Assembly (NCBI GenBank): GCA_002269645.1
Contig: NIVC01001983.1
Location: 1-64,000, forward strand
Length of the DNA stretch: 64,000 nucleotides
Reading direction: 5' to 3'
Source: Macrostomum lignano
Lineage: Eukaryota
The position numbers were made by a program, and so were the translations under genes. Shown one piece after another: positions 11,411 to 24,186 of the stretch. Within the stretch, counting starts at the first letter, position 1; every line of letters begins with the position of its first letter. The notes under the pieces are model-generated. The model worked only from the letters and a program-made list of their open reading frames with translations. It ran no database searches and had not been told where the DNA came from.

Positions 11411-14400
11411 CTCCAAAATGGGCCCGGGTAGAATATTTGAAATTAGAAAAGTCGTTCTAAACCCGTTGGGCCCGGCACAACAGTCAAACATGCCCAACTA
11501 ACCATAAATGGCCCGTGTGGCTGCGGCTGAAAATCCCTTTTGAAGTTTGGTTAAACCGAACAATTTTACGAGTATGGCGGCGCAAAATGCCGATTTGAAA
11601 GCAACAACCAAAGGAAGAAAGGATTCTATCCTGTAGTTCAGGCTTTCGCTTTTTCTTATTAGCTGCTCCGCTCTGCTATTTCTATCAATTGCTGCTTTTA
11701 CAGTTTTTGTTAGCGTCATCAAGTGCTGACTTAATCACCTGGTTGCTGCTTTGAACAGGCAAAACTCTCCTTGAAATAAATCCTGTCCTAATTCTAATCC
11801 CATCTCATCCTCAACCCATCCTCAGCCTATTCCTCACCACATGGGTGCCGTAGCCCAGTGGTCTAGCGTGGCGAATGCCAGCGACCCAGGCTCGATTCCC
11901 AGTGCAGTCACATTGAAGAAAACATGGAGAAATCACACTGAAGACCACCCCAGGGCAGAGTTACGTGTACATGCCTAACGATAAATGAATTTAGGGCCGC
12001 TGTACACTCCTGTATGAGCGTGTGCCTGCTCAGGGGAGTCGGTGGAATGGGCAGTATTGCCTCTCGCCGGTTGTGTGACAATGTCGCTTAAAGTGCGCCG
12101 GGGAGCACACAGCCCCCAGTCTCTAAAAATGCTCACCCCTTTTATTTATTCGCATATATACATGTACATATACGCATCTCTCCATGCTGCAATAAGTCGC
12201 ACAAATGGAAAAATGCGGACACAACCAGCTAATTCCACATTAAACGTACCAAACTGACTGCGAGTAAATCCCTAAAGCATTCGTTGCAATTACGATACTC
12301 CACTCTCCCAGAAACTCGATGGCATGCAGTCTACTCTCCAGATGCCAGCACCATCACTAGTTTATATATGGCCGCCTCCATTATCAGCCATTAATAATTC
12401 ACGAGCTCTCAGGTCTGAGTTCGGCCTAGATCTGATCACGAGAAAAAGCAAATTTTTTATTATTCTTTCTACTTCCCTTGGTCTGTCTTCGATAAAATAC
12501 TCTGAATTTCTTAGTGACTGGCAGCTCAGCTCAGCCCAAGGTCTACTAAAGCAGCAGGACTCTACGTGTCTCTCTGCTGACCTACCCAAGGTCTACTAAA
12601 GCAGCAGGACTCTACGTGTCTCTCTGCTGACCTACCCAAGGTCTACTAAAGCAGAAGGACTCTCCGTGTCTCTCTGCTGACTTACCCAATATCTACTAAA
12701 GCAGAAGGACTCTCCGTGTCTCTCTGCTGACTTACCCAATATCTACTAAAGCAGAAGGACTCTCCGTGTCTCTCTGCTGACCTACTCAGCGCAATGCGTT
12801 GTCTAGTTGCGAGGAGGATACTTTGATAGTCTTCCAAAGCCAATAGTCTTAATCAGTCTGTCCGCCTGTCCATGCGCTTTACTGCTAACTGACGGTGGTA
12901 GCTATCTCTTGAGTACGAGTTGAGCAAGAATTTGGACAACAGGATCTGGTGCGTGCCAGATCCTGTTTGGCTCCTCGGGAAGGGTTTAGCATCACAGAAT
13001 CTCCGGGCTCACGCTTCTCAGCTGCACCACCTGCCTTAGGGGAAATAAACCGGCTTTTTCAAGCAAGTAGCAGCGAGGGAAAATGGTAGCAAAACGCTCT
13101 TATGTTTGTGACTTGGTTTTTTAATCCTCAGATTAGCTGTTCCCTTCTCTTCTAGCTTGTACTTTGATTCGTCATTTCCTTTCCAAAAACTGCCAATGCA
13201 GACGAGGGGCTCAGGAGAAACCTCGCTCTGATAATCTTTCAGAAATTCGCTTAAGAACCTGTTTTCCACAAATATCTCAATTTTTTTGAGGGCCTGACTA
13301 AAAGACAACAGATATTTTCTGAACATCTCTTTTTAGAAAATCCTATTTAAAATTGTTTTCAAAGATATTCTATGAAATTCCCCGAGAATCTCTTTCGAAA
13401 TTCTCCAACCATTCTATAAAATTCCCCCCCCGAGAATCACTTCCGAAATTCTCCAACCATTCTATGAAATACTCCCGAGAATCTCTTTTGAAATTCTCCA
13501 ACCATTCTATGAAATACTCCCGAGAATCTCTTTTGAAATTCTCCAACCATTCTATGAAATCCCCCCCGAGAATCTCTTCCGAAACACTTACGAGCGCATT
13601 ATGCAATCTTTAGAGCTCTGCATTTAGTATGCGCCAAACCCCATTCAGCTATTTCTTCTCGGGTTCATACTAAGTGCACTAAGCGATACGACAAATATCT
13701 GTTCCTTACTACCTTCGGCTCGTTTCTAAGAAACTCGAGTGCAGTAACTTCTAAGAAACCCAGCTGCTGTTGTTAAAGCTTGAGAGCAGCAGAAGCTACA
13801 GTCTATGGTCAAAACCCCGGGTTAGGGCCACAGACACTAGCTGCTGCTGTTAAAGCTTGAGAGCAACTGAAGCTACAGTCTATGGTCAAAACCCTGGGTT
13901 AGGGCCACAGACACTAGCTGCTGCTGTTAAAGCTTGAGAGCAACTGAAGCTACAGTCTATGGTCAAAACCCTGGGGTTAGGGCCACAGACACTAGCTGCT
14001 GCTGTTAAAGCTTGAGAACGGCAGAAGCTACAGTCTATGGTCAAAACCCCGGGGTTTTCGCGCTGTAGCTAGGCGGCTGGAGAGGCCCATCTAGGGGTAT
14101 ACAGAATCTGTGGTTGAAAATCCTTGCATTGCGTTTTTGCCGGCGGTCAGCAAGCAGACTGCATGCTGTCTATGGTAAAAAGTAAATTCTCAGGAAGCTG
14201 AAATTTTTGCTTCAGCTGCAGCTGCGAAGCTGGCGTTCGATCTTACGCTCCGTACTCTGCGTCCTTCTGCTTCAGTCTTATAGCGTACAAAACACTTTTT
14301 AAAGTCCGACATGCACTGTAAAACCAGGCAGCTTAGGTTATAAAATTTTATTTTTTCTTAGAAACGGAATAAATTATAGACAAATTAGCGAAAAAATTCG

Positions 14401-17400
14401 CCTTCTGACAAAAATTTGCAATTCAGCGTTCGCGAGCGTCTATTCGTGCACTTTTCTAATCAAGCATAGCCAATACACTTGCCACTAAGGTGGAGCCCTG
14501 CTGCTGGATGACGTACACCTCTCACCGGGAGACCCAGGAGACCCTGGGCATTCTGGACCGGCTAGATCTGGACACCGACAAGCTGGCCGAAGAGGACCTG
14601 TACAAGAAGTTCGGCTGGGAAGAGGAGTTTCTCAGCAACAAGTTGAACTTTTGGCAGCGAATAAAGCCGAAATTGTGGGCTCTGTTCGATGAACCCTATT
14701 CCTCTATGGCAGCCAAGGTCTGTTGCAGGATCGCTAGTATTTGGTCTAGTAGTCCTTGGTCTGTCCCCTTCAATTAACTTGCGCTGTCAAGTAGTGAGCT
14801 AGAGTGAGGGACACAGTGAGGGGCGCAGGGTGAGGGACACTGAGTGAGGGACGCAGGGTGAGGGACACTGAGTGAGGGGCGCAGGGTGAGGGACACTGAG
14901 TGAGGGGCGCAGGGTGAGGGACACTGAGTGAGGGGCGCAGGGTGAGGGACAGAGAGTGAGGGGCGCAGGGTGAGGGACACTGAGTGAGGGGCGCAGGGTG
15001 AGGGACACTGAGTGAGGGGCGCAGGGTGAGGGACACTGAGTGAGGGGCGCAGGGTGAGGGACAGAGAGTGAGGGGCGCAGGGTGAGGGACACTGAGTGAG
15101 GGGCGCAGGGTGAGGGACACTGAGTGAGGGGCGCAGGGTGAGGGACAGAGAGTGAGGGGCGCAGGGTGAGGGACACTGAGTGAGGGGCGCAGGGTGAGGG
15201 ACACTGAGTGAGGGGCGCAGGGTGAGGGACACTGAGTGAGGGGCGCAGGGTGAGGGACACTGAGTGAGGGGCGCAGGGTGAGGGACACTGAGTGAGGGGC
15301 GCAGGGTGAGGGACAGAGAGTGCAGAAATTCGAAATGAGGCAAACGCATGAAGCAACCGGCTTTGCAGATTGTGGCGGTGGTGTCAGTATTCTTCATCGT
15401 AATCAGCATCCTATCCTTCTGTCTGAAGACATTCCCGGGACTCCGGGTGCCCATCATATCGAATGAGACGGTGCTCATTGACGAAAATGGCAGCACCTCG
15501 TTTGTACTGCACAAGCACCGGTCGGAGCCTCATACGGCATTTTTGTACATCGAGTGCGTTTGCAACTCCTGGTTCACCTTTGAAATCATCACCAGATTCG
15601 CGGTGACGCCAGACAAACGGGAATTCTTGAAATCGCCAGTTAATATTATCGACTTCATTGCCACATTGTCGTTCTACATGGATATGGTGCTCAATCAGGT
15701 GCTGAGCGAGGAGGAGACCAGCTATGAGGTGCTGGAGTTCTTTAGCATAATTAGGATTATGCGGCTTTTCAAGCTCACCAGGTTAGTCTCGCAGCTAAGG
15801 GAATCACTGACTGTTCTTTAAAGTACATGGGTTATTGTGGAATCGCTCAACTGTTCTTTAAAGTACGTGGGTTATTGTGGAATCGCTCAACTGTTCTTTA
15901 AAGTACGTGGGTTATTAGGGAATCGCTTAATTGTTCTTTAAAGTACGTGGGTTATTAGGGAATCGCTCAATTGTTCTTTAAAGTACGTGGGTTATTGTAG
16001 AATCGTTCAATGTTCTTTAAAGTACATGGGTTATTGCGGAATCTCTCAGCAGGCCTATAAAGTACATGGGTAACTCGTGAATCTGTCAGCTGGTTTATAG
16101 CGAAGTAACCTTAATAAGGAAAGAAAAATTCCTATTTTGCTTTTCAGGCACATCGCCGGTCTAAAAATCCTAATCCACACATTCAAAGCGTCAGCCAAAG
16201 AGCTTCTACTGTTAGTGTTCTTTCTGATCGTGTTCATAGTTGTATTCGCTGCGCTGATCTATTACGCCGAGAGGATCCAGTACAATCCGGAGAATTCCTT
16301 TGATTCTATACCTATTGGCTTGTGGTGGGCCATAGTCACCATGACAACCGTTGGCTACGGCGATATGGCGCCGAAAACCTACGCTGGTGAGTGTCGCAGA
16401 ATATTATTGACCCCGAGCCTGTGGCATGCCGGTACCTGCGCTGCAACCCACAGTGTCTATGGCATGATGGCGGGACCCGAACTGCACCCATAGTGTCTAT
16501 GACATGATGGCGGGACCCGAACTGCACCCATAGTGTCTATGACATGATGGCGGGACCTGGACTGCATCTACAGTGTCTATGATATGATGGCGGGACCCGA
16601 ACTGCACCCATAGTGTCTATGACATGATGGCGGGACCTGGACTGCATCTACAGTGTCTATGACATGATGGCGGGACCCGAACTGCACCCACAGTGTCTAT
16701 GGCATGATGGCGGGACCTGAACTGCACCCATAGTGTCTATGACATGATGGCGGGACCCGAACTGCACCTACAGTGTCTATGATATGATGGCGGGACCCGA
16801 ACTGCACCCATAGTGTCTATGACATGATGGCGGGACCCGAACTGCACCCATAGCGTCTATCGCATGATGGCGGGACCCGCGTTGCACCCCCCTCAGTATG
16901 TATGGCATGGCAGAGCCTGGAGCGTATCTTCATCAAGCATCTCCTCTGATTCAGAAGTGGTAATCTAAGGTCACTCACAAATATTTCAGGCATGCTAGTG
17001 GGCGCCCTCTGCGCCCTCACAGGAGTGCTGACCATCGCGCTGCCTGTGCCGGTCATCGTGTCCAACTTCTCCATGTTCTACTCGCACACCCAGGCCCGGA
17101 GCAAGCTGCCAAAGAAGCGTCGCCGAGTCCTCCCGGTGGAGGCTGTCAGGCCGAAGAGCCAGTCGGCGGGGCCGGTGGGTCCCAAAGGTCCCGGACAGAG
17201 GGGCGGCCTGGAAGGGATGAAAAGCGGGCCAGGTCTGTTGGACTCCAAGCTTAATAGACTTGGTAAGTGATAGATTGGTACAGCAACTCTCATTAAACTG
17301 CAACAATGAACTGCAAGACCACCTCCTTGTCGTAGTGTTTTTTTATAAACTACAATAAACGCACGCTGTATACTGTAAATTAATCCTAGGTTGCTGAAAA

Positions 17401-20400
17401 ATATCCCTATAAATCCACGAAAACATTTTCCCTCGAATATATAATAGATCTCCCAACAAATCCAAAAACGACTTTCCAACGAATCTTTATGAAATCTATA
17501 ACAAAATCCCTCAATGGTCCCTGATTATATCGAATCACCAAAATATCCCTACGAATTTCAGAACACTCCTACTGGTAAAATTAGCTGAAAATTCACCAAA
17601 AATTACTCCATGTTCACCATAAAATTGACTGAAACGTCCGATCTGCAGGTTGTAAAAAAATGCGTTTTAAAAAGACAGAAAAACTGCTCCAGCTCCAAAA
17701 AAGGTTGCTCGCCCAAGAATTTAACCAGTTGAAATCGTTGCCGGTGCTGTTGGGCGAAATTCCATGTCAAATTTGTGAATCAACAGGTACTGGGGGGGGG
17801 GGTAGAAGTTCCGGAAGCATGACTCGAACAGAACAGATCTGACAGGCCAGAGCAAACAGGCCCGCATGTTCTCAGCTGAGGCGCGTGCCGCCCGCCAAAT
17901 TCAACCAGCTAAAAAGCCAACTGACATGAGAAATCAATAATGCTTGCTTGTATCTACCAGCACCATAAAACCGCAGAGCTTTTAAGCTTGTCAAACGCGT
18001 GTTTTTGGGCGCGTTTTGGCGCCCTGGATGCCAAGTAGTATGTCAACAAAGCTATCATCTAGCTGACTCGTGTAGGTTAGTCAACTCTGCCAGAGATTTG
18101 AGAACTTTATCTCTGACAGTGAATTGTAACTTTGAGATTGTGGGTACAAGGCAAGGACCACTGTAGCGTAACAGGAAGTACGAGTTAACACCCAAATATC
18201 GTGTAATTTTTTTGAGGCCATTCTTTGCCGGATCGATCTGGAGCAGTGAAGATTGCCATTCTTACAATTTTAGCATGCAATTTAGCATGCAAAAATACTT
18301 TCAATTGGGCCGGAGCTTGACTACTGCTGGACCCACCCATATTCTCAGCGGCTGAGCCCAAACTCAGGGCTGATTAGCTGGCATCAGCTGGCAACCCCGC
18401 TTAGCAACAGCAAATGTAACTACTTGTGGCGCCTGAAAAGCAGTCTGAAAATTCGATACTCAAGTTAAAACGCAGCGCATTTACAATGTTTTTTTTGTTT
18501 AAAATTTCCCATATTTTTAGATGATCTAGCCGCGCTTGACATATTTTATCAAATCCAATCCACAAAATCCAATCGACAACGATTTATTAAAATACAGCTA
18601 AGTGAAAATAAGCGGCAATGTTGTAAAAATAGTCTTGTTAAATTTGGGAATCCCCTAAGCATTAACCGGACTGTAGCTGGAGCGGTTTTGTTCTAAAAAT
18701 AACCTTATTTAATTGGGGAACCACTAACCAACGTACCATCTTAGCAGAAACTGAAAGTGACGTTGTTCTAAAAATAGCCCAAATTATTTGGGAATCCCCG
18801 GCTCCCCGTCCTCATAGAAGGATAGAAGTGAATGGCGATGTTCTAAAAATAGCCCAAATTATTTGGGAATCCCCGGCTCCCCGTCCTCATAGAAGGATAG
18901 AAGTGAATGGCGATGTTCTAAAAATAGCCCAATTTATTTGGAAATCCCCGGCTCCCCGTCCTCATAGAAGGATGGAAGTGAATGGCGATGTTCTAAAAAT
19001 AGCCCAAATTATTTGGGAATCCCCGGCTCCCCGTCCTCATAGAAGGATAGAAGTGAATGGCGATGTTCTAAAAATAGCCCAATTTATTTGGAAATCCCCG
19101 GCTCCCCGTCCTCATAGAAGGATGGAAGTGAATGGCGATGTTCTAAAAATAGCCCAAATTATTTGGAATCCCCGGCTCCCCGTCCTCATAGAAGGATAGA
19201 AGTGAATGGCGATGTTCTAAAAATAGCCCAATTTATTTGGAAATCCCCGGCTCCCCGTCCTCATAGAAGGATGGAAGTGAATGGCGATGTTCTAAAAATA
19301 GCCCAATTTATTTGGAAATCCCCGGCTCCCCGTCCTCATAGAAGGAAGGAAGTGAATGACGATGTTCTAAAAATAGCCCAATTTATTTGGAACTCCCCGG
19401 CTCCCCGTCCTCATAGAAGGATGGAAGTGAATGGCGATGTTCTAAAAATAGCCCAATTTATTGGGGAATTCCCAATCACAAGTACAATAAAGTCGAAAGT
19501 TTGTTGCACATTGACGCTGTCTTGCACCTTTTTATTCACTATCAGTATTAATAAATGTTGTCAGAACTTCGATTATTCTCTGGAACGTATCCTGTCCTGA
19601 TAATCCTTAATCATATTTTTCATGTCCGCACCAAAAAGTATTAATCCGTTTGCACTTTTCCTCTCCGTTGCATTGCAGGTGCAAACACTTTGCAGTCAAT
19701 GATGAGCCCATTCAGTAAGTACCCGTGGCTTGAATTGGTCTGAAAGTTAATCAAGCCGCCAAATAGCTTACCATTATTTTAGTTTCATTTTATGTTACTT
19801 TAATTTTTGCTATTTTATAATTAATAACTAGTGCCTCAGCTCAGTGTCTGCTTTTAGTTCAGTGGCTAGTTCCTTATTTTTAGAAGTTGTTATTATTCAT
19901 TTAGAACATTTGCTTTCATCCCTAACTTCAGGGTTCTATCCATCCAGTCTGAACTTTGTAACTTATCAAGAAGGTAAAACTGTATAGATTAGTTGCGTGG
20001 CATGCTAGTGTTTGAAGTGAAAAGCTGCTAATCAGTGTGATGCGACAGAGACTACTGATAGTAGCAAAACGTAGTATTAATGTATACACGAGATATCTGT
20101 TCAGGAGAGGTTGATTGTTTTTAGGATTCTTCAACATAGTTACCGCGCTGGAACAGATGGGCAAAATTGGGTGAAAATTGTCAGGTAAACTGACATAGCG
20201 TGTCAGCCAACATACTAAAATAATTTCAGCTTTAAGCAAATTACCTAAGCTGAGATATTTAGCTACTGAAATTTATTTTTAAAAACACCTCGTATGATAT
20301 TTTCACCCTCGAAGCTTCCAAAGAGCATATAAAGTTTGCTTATGTTTAGAGATACTGACTTATGTGCTCATGGGAAGTCTAGAAGATGTGAGCAATATTA

Positions 20401-22248
20401 CCAGCGTATATTGTCAATCCTAGTGCTATAAAAATAGAAAAATATCTCGCTTGTTCTTTGAATCACAGTTAAGCGCTTTATTGTTTTCAATAAATTTCAC
20501 GCGAGCCTAACTTGATATCCGTCGCCTAACATCCAAGAGATGACCGACAATTGTGAAAAAAAGTACAGAAAAGCGACCAAAAAGCAGTTCGATTTGCGCG
20601 CACTATTTTACAGGCATGCAGTCCTATTTCCCCTTGGCTATGCCCAATGCCGCTGCAGCCGCTCCGGCACAAGCAGCAGCAGCCCAGGCCAGTAAGTTAA
20701 TATCTGGAACTGTCTATGGCTGAAACCAAGTCCCAAACACTAGATAAGCCACCGACACCACCACTAAGTCTACGTATCTGCGCGCAGAAATCGAATTTCT
20801 AAATTATTTTATGAATTGGGTGTAAGACGTTTGCCAGTCGACGTTTGCCAGCCGGATATTTGTTGACGAATTATGCCCTCTCTAGGCTTACATGTGCTTA
20901 AATTTTGAAAACTGTGGACATAGCAACAATCTAATCCCACCTCGCTCCCTACTACTGCTACTAAATATTACAGGTTACTAACAAACTACTGCTTACAAGA
21001 ACGCTCTTCGTCTTCTTGATATTTTGGGTAGGCTACATCCGCAGTTTTCAAATGCGAGTACATTTAAGCCTAAAGAGGGCATAATTCTTTAACGAATGTC
21101 CGGCTGGCAAGCGTCGGCTGGCAAATGTCCGGCTGGCAAACGTCGGCTGGCAAATGTCGCTATCCCATGGATTAGGGGGTTGAGCTAGGGCGCGCCGAGA
21201 CGGGATAAGTAAGAAAGTCAAGGAGGCCAGATAAGATAGACATGGTACACAGCGTAATCAAAGTAGTATCTATATTAGATTAAAAATGCACTGTCACTAA
21301 AATGTACATGTATTAAGCCTAAAAAATTCAAACCGAGGTCAAAAATGGAGTACTGCATCGAACGGGCTTATCTAATGTTTCTGAAATATGTTTTCACTAC
21401 GAGGCTTCTTGAGATTCTTGAAATCCCACATGTCTGTACTCTTTTTTTCTTACGGTCCAAGGACTTTTATGTTTAATAACATCTGGAATGGAAATAAGGA
21501 ATTTTTTCCTTTGCTCCTTTGCAGGAGTTAACACATTGCTTGCTAATTAAGCATGGCTTAAGAAATGTTTGATTTGCTTCAATTCCTCCAAATGGTGATG
21601 GACTTGAGATTTCGCTTTGATGCTAAAAACATCTTTGTTAATTAATTGTGGCATCTGGAATATCCGTTATTCTTCCTCGATTTTTTGTATGCATCCGCAT
21701 GATTTTTAATGCATAAATTTAAGCATGCCTGTACCGAAATCTATTTGACTCGTTTTCAGATTTTTCCAATATGATTCCATACTATTCGTACTGCTCCTAA
21801 TTGACTGTTCAAATTTTTTCATTCGAACATCGCTCCCCATTGTGTAATCCTCTCGCACCCAGGCCTGAAGGAGGAGCAGATCCCCATGCTTCTGGTGAAC
21901 AGCGGTGCAGCCCAGGCTGCTACCACGGCGCATGCAGGTATAACAGCGCACCAGCTGCAGCAGCACCTGCAGCAGCAGCAGCAGCAGCAGCAGCAATACC
22001 AGCTTCACTCCCGCCGCGCCGCCGTCATCCAGCTGGACGAGCCGCTGCTGACCCATGTCGAACAGCCGAAAGTCCTGCAGGCGGCCAACGCCACGGCAGG
22101 CGCTGAAGCTGCTTCGGCTTGGCCAGTTGCTGAGCCCGCAGCTGCGGTGACGGCGGCGGTGACCGCGGAGCCCCCGGTGGCGGACATGGTTGCGGCCGAG
22201 GTCCAGCACTGCACAGTCGTCACTGGTAGCCCAACTCACCTGCTCTAA
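6348..22248 (+). CDS. Shaw: Shaw-family (Kv3/KCNC) voltage-gated K+ channel, about 644 aa
   Basis: Exons 6348-6629, 14490-14717, 15369-15781, 16148-16386, 16990-17262, 19679-19714, 20614-20691, 21863-22248, all GT-AG and in phase. T1 domain [30 protein letters not shown]4 [16 protein letters not shown], linker [15 protein letters not shown], pore [15 protein letters not shown]6 [14 protein letters not shown]. Exons 1-5 are secure; exons 6-8 (low-complexity tail) are less so. Confidence 0.93.
7375..7850. repeat. 31-bp minisatellite (AGCATCGCATCCTCGAAGATCACATCCTCAA)
   Basis: Tandem array; the ORF 7368-7919 is a by-product. Confidence 0.95.
8540..8865 (-). mobile_element. Non-LTR retrotransposon ORF2 3' fragment (CCHC zinc-knuckle region), frameshifted
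   Basis: Minus-strand translation across frameshifts: [25 protein letters not shown] / [25 protein letters not shown] / [10 protein letters not shown]. These are the L(T/S)GH..H + Cx2C..E..EH...CP motifs typical of R1/I/LOA-type elements. Lies in Shaw intron 1. Confidence 0.78.
10249..11134. repeat. 44-bp minisatellite, about 20 copies
   Basis: TTAGAATCATGAGACAGGCCCAGATGGACAGGCTCAGCTGGCCA, near-identical copies. Confidence 0.97.
11314..11410. repeat. (CT)n microsatellite
   Basis: Pure dinucleotide run. Confidence 0.97.
11843..12056 (+). mobile_element. tRNA-derived SINE, family B
   Basis: GGGTGCCGTAGCCCAGTGGT...GGCTCGATTCCCAGTGCAGTCAC head. The body GTGTACATGCCTAACGATAAA...GGGCCGCTGTACACTCCTG...CAGGGGAGTCGGTGGAATGGGCAGTA is shared with 58284-58577. 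Confidence 0.78.
12535..12785. repeat. 50-bp minisatellite, about 5 copies
   Basis: AAGGTCTACTAAAGCAGCAGGACTCTACGTGTCTCTCTGCTGACCTACCC. Confidence 0.9.
13360..14050. repeat. Two adjacent minisatellites (about 45 bp at 13360-13580; about 77 bp at 13765-14050)
   Basis: GAAATTCTCCAACCATTCTATGAAATACTCCCGAGAATCTCTTTT and CTGCTGTTAAAGCTTGAGAGCAACTGAAGCTACAGTCTATGGTCAAAACC... units. Confidence 0.85.
14803..15320. repeat. 28-bp G-rich minisatellite, about 18 copies
   Basis: GGGTGAGGGACACTGAGTGAGGGGCGCA units fill most of Shaw intron 2. Confidence 0.97.
15810..16045. repeat. 40-bp minisatellite in Shaw intron 3
   Basis: TTCTTTAAAGTACGTGGGTTATTGTGGAATCGCTCAACTG units. Confidence 0.9.
16440..16885. 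repeat. 40-bp minisatellite in Shaw intron 4
   Basis: CCCATAGTGTCTATGACATGATGGCGGGACCCGAACTGCA units. Confidence 0.93.
18764..19470. repeat. 75-bp minisatellite, about 9 copies
   Basis: GTTCTAAAAATAGCCCAAATTATTTGGGAATCCCCGGCTCCCCGTCCTCATAGAAGGATAGAAGTGAATGGCGAT; gives 25-aa periodic shadow ORFs. Confidence 0.95.
20818..21166. mobile_element. Foldback/MITE-like element with about 100-bp imperfect inverted arms
   Basis: 20818-20920 is the imperfect reverse complement of 21037-21166; subterminal TTTGCCAGCCGG repeats; no clear TSD. Lies in Shaw intron 7. Confidence 0.7.
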
Positions 22249-22573
22249 CTTACCCCGCTCACACACGCACTGCAATTTTTATATCCCGAATGATTAGCTT
22301 TAATAATAGTTTTTACCTATAGCTGGTGCAGTGGCCACTGGTAGTTAGAAGGTCTGATTTGATTGAAAGTTTTTTATTGACACTAAAGGTGGCTATTTCT
22401 CGTCTTTTGAGCCAGAGAAGAAGACAGCGGGGCAAAAAATACGGGAAAATTTTTTTTTTTAGAAAAAATCAGTTGTTCTGAGGTTCGCAGACTTTTTATC
22501 TCTATTTAAGTTTTGGTACAGGGGAAAAGGTATAGGGGCTGTGGTCGCGTGATTGACTCTATTGGCTACGCTG

Positions 22574-22735
22574 GTGTCTGACCGTGTCTGACCGTGTCTG
22601 ACCGCGTCTGACCGTGTCTGGCCGTGTCTGACCGTGTCTGACCGTGTCTGACCGTGTGTCTGACCGTGTCTGACCGGGTCTGACTGTGTCTGACCGTGTC
22701 TGACCGGGTCTGACTGTGTCTGACCGTGTCTGACC
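22574..22735. repeat. 10-bp tandem repeat (GTGTCTGACC)
   Basis: Direct tandem array. Confidence 0.9.
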
Positions 22736-23005
22736 TTGCCTGGCCATTCTTAGAAAGTCTGGAAACTTCAGAACAAAGATCTTTCTCAGAAGTTAATACG
22801 ACTCAATAGAACAATCATGGCCCTGTTAACTACGGGTGGTCATTGAGTTGGTGATGGCCTGTTTATTACAAATTATTTACTAAACAAACCATTCTTTTTC
22901 TTTGTGCAATAGTCTGGTCCCTCAGTTAACCATCTGCATGCTTGCATAGCATTAGGGGTTGACGATTAACTAAACAATAAAAAAATCGTTTGATGGCCCT
23001 AACAG

Positions 23006-23163
23006 TAGAAGTACAAGTGCATGGAATGTTTGATGACACGGGCATCGTTCTGAAATTACCGGAGCTCCGTCAACAAGCTGATGATGAAGGCGGTGTGTCC
23101 ACCAGCAGCTGTGAAGTGTTTGACATCTTAGGCACCTTAGAAGGGTCGCTCAGCAGCCAATGA
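23006..23163 (+). CDS. Candidate alternative terminal exon B of the Shaw gene
   Basis: ccctaacag| acceptor at 23005; phase-1 open frame EVQVHGMFDDTGIVLKLPELRQQADDEGGVSTSSCEVFDILGTLEGSLSSQ* ; AATAAA at 23282. Confidence 0.45.
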
Positions 23164-23591
23164 GGATGGAAAATGACGCAAAACTCTGTGCCTTATTGTT
23201 GAAAGACATATTGTTGCAAAATACGGAGCTTAATCTGAATGTGTTTTTCAATTCCGACGCATATAGAAAACATATTACTACAATAAACTTACGTATTAAC
23301 ATTTTAATAATTCCCTCTGTTTAACATTGCTCCGCGCATGTTTTAACAGCCATTTTAACCTCCTGAGTAACCGTACTAACGGCGCAATAACTATAACTAC
23401 AATTTATCAGCTACATGAACTACCCGTTGCTAGCATATCTTCACACCAAGCCCATTGTGAATGCAAACTAACACGTTTAAACTTGTCGTGAAATATATCC
23501 ATTAGCAGTGTCATAAAGCAATGCCAGTAGAGTTCCCAGGTGAGAAACTTCTAATTGCCCTCCGCATTACCCAAACCGCTCCGATTCACAG

Positions 23592-23734
23592 AAGAGAACC
23601 ACGCGGAGGTCGGCGAAGTCGCCGTGTCCGCCGCACCAATAGCCGCCAGCGAGTCAGGGGTGACCGCTGCACACAACTCCAATTATAGCGGCGGTGAGAT
23701 CTCACTGGCTGGCGTTTGCATATTATGCTACTGA
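23592..23734 (+). CDS. Candidate alternative terminal exon C of the Shaw gene
   Basis: gattcacag| acceptor at 23591; phase-1 open GC-rich frame ENHAEVGEVAVSAAPIAASESGVTAAHNSNYSGGEISLAGVCILCY*. Confidence 0.45.
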
Positions 23735-24186
23735 TAGTAGATTTCGGTAGATTTTCTCAAAATTTGGGCAGGCTAAATTGCTATCAATTATAGAAATTAA
23801 TTTAGTTAGCGGTTGGCCTCGTTGAGTGGTATGCAGTATTTATTGGTCTTTTTTGTTGTGTGACGAAGTTGTCATACATGGAGTTGCATTACAATAGAAT
23901 GAATTACTGTATGGGACGTAGCTTAGTGCATTCTGATGGGGTGGCTTTGGCTAGTGCACTGAATTGATTGTGTCTGACTAATTATCGCTCTCGGGACAAT
24001 TCTGACGGCGCTTAAGTAAATATTTTATTGACGAAAAACAACTATAGGTGTAAAACCGAAATTGGGCCGAAACAAAATATTGAGACTGCATTTAGTCAAG
24101 AGCTCTGTGAAAATTTTCACAGCCTTCTTATAGTAAGTAGTTCTTGCTTCTTGGTTCACAATCAGCCTTCATTTTATTCGTTAAGT

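Noticed and set aside
11843-11910. Possible true tRNA genes here and at 35091, 36494, 58577 and 60326
   Set aside because: Acceptor stems do not close, and each continues into a body shared with another copy, so they are SINE heads.
14770-15514. Long minus-strand ORFs
   Set aside because: Antisense reading of the 28-bp array and Kv3 exon 3.
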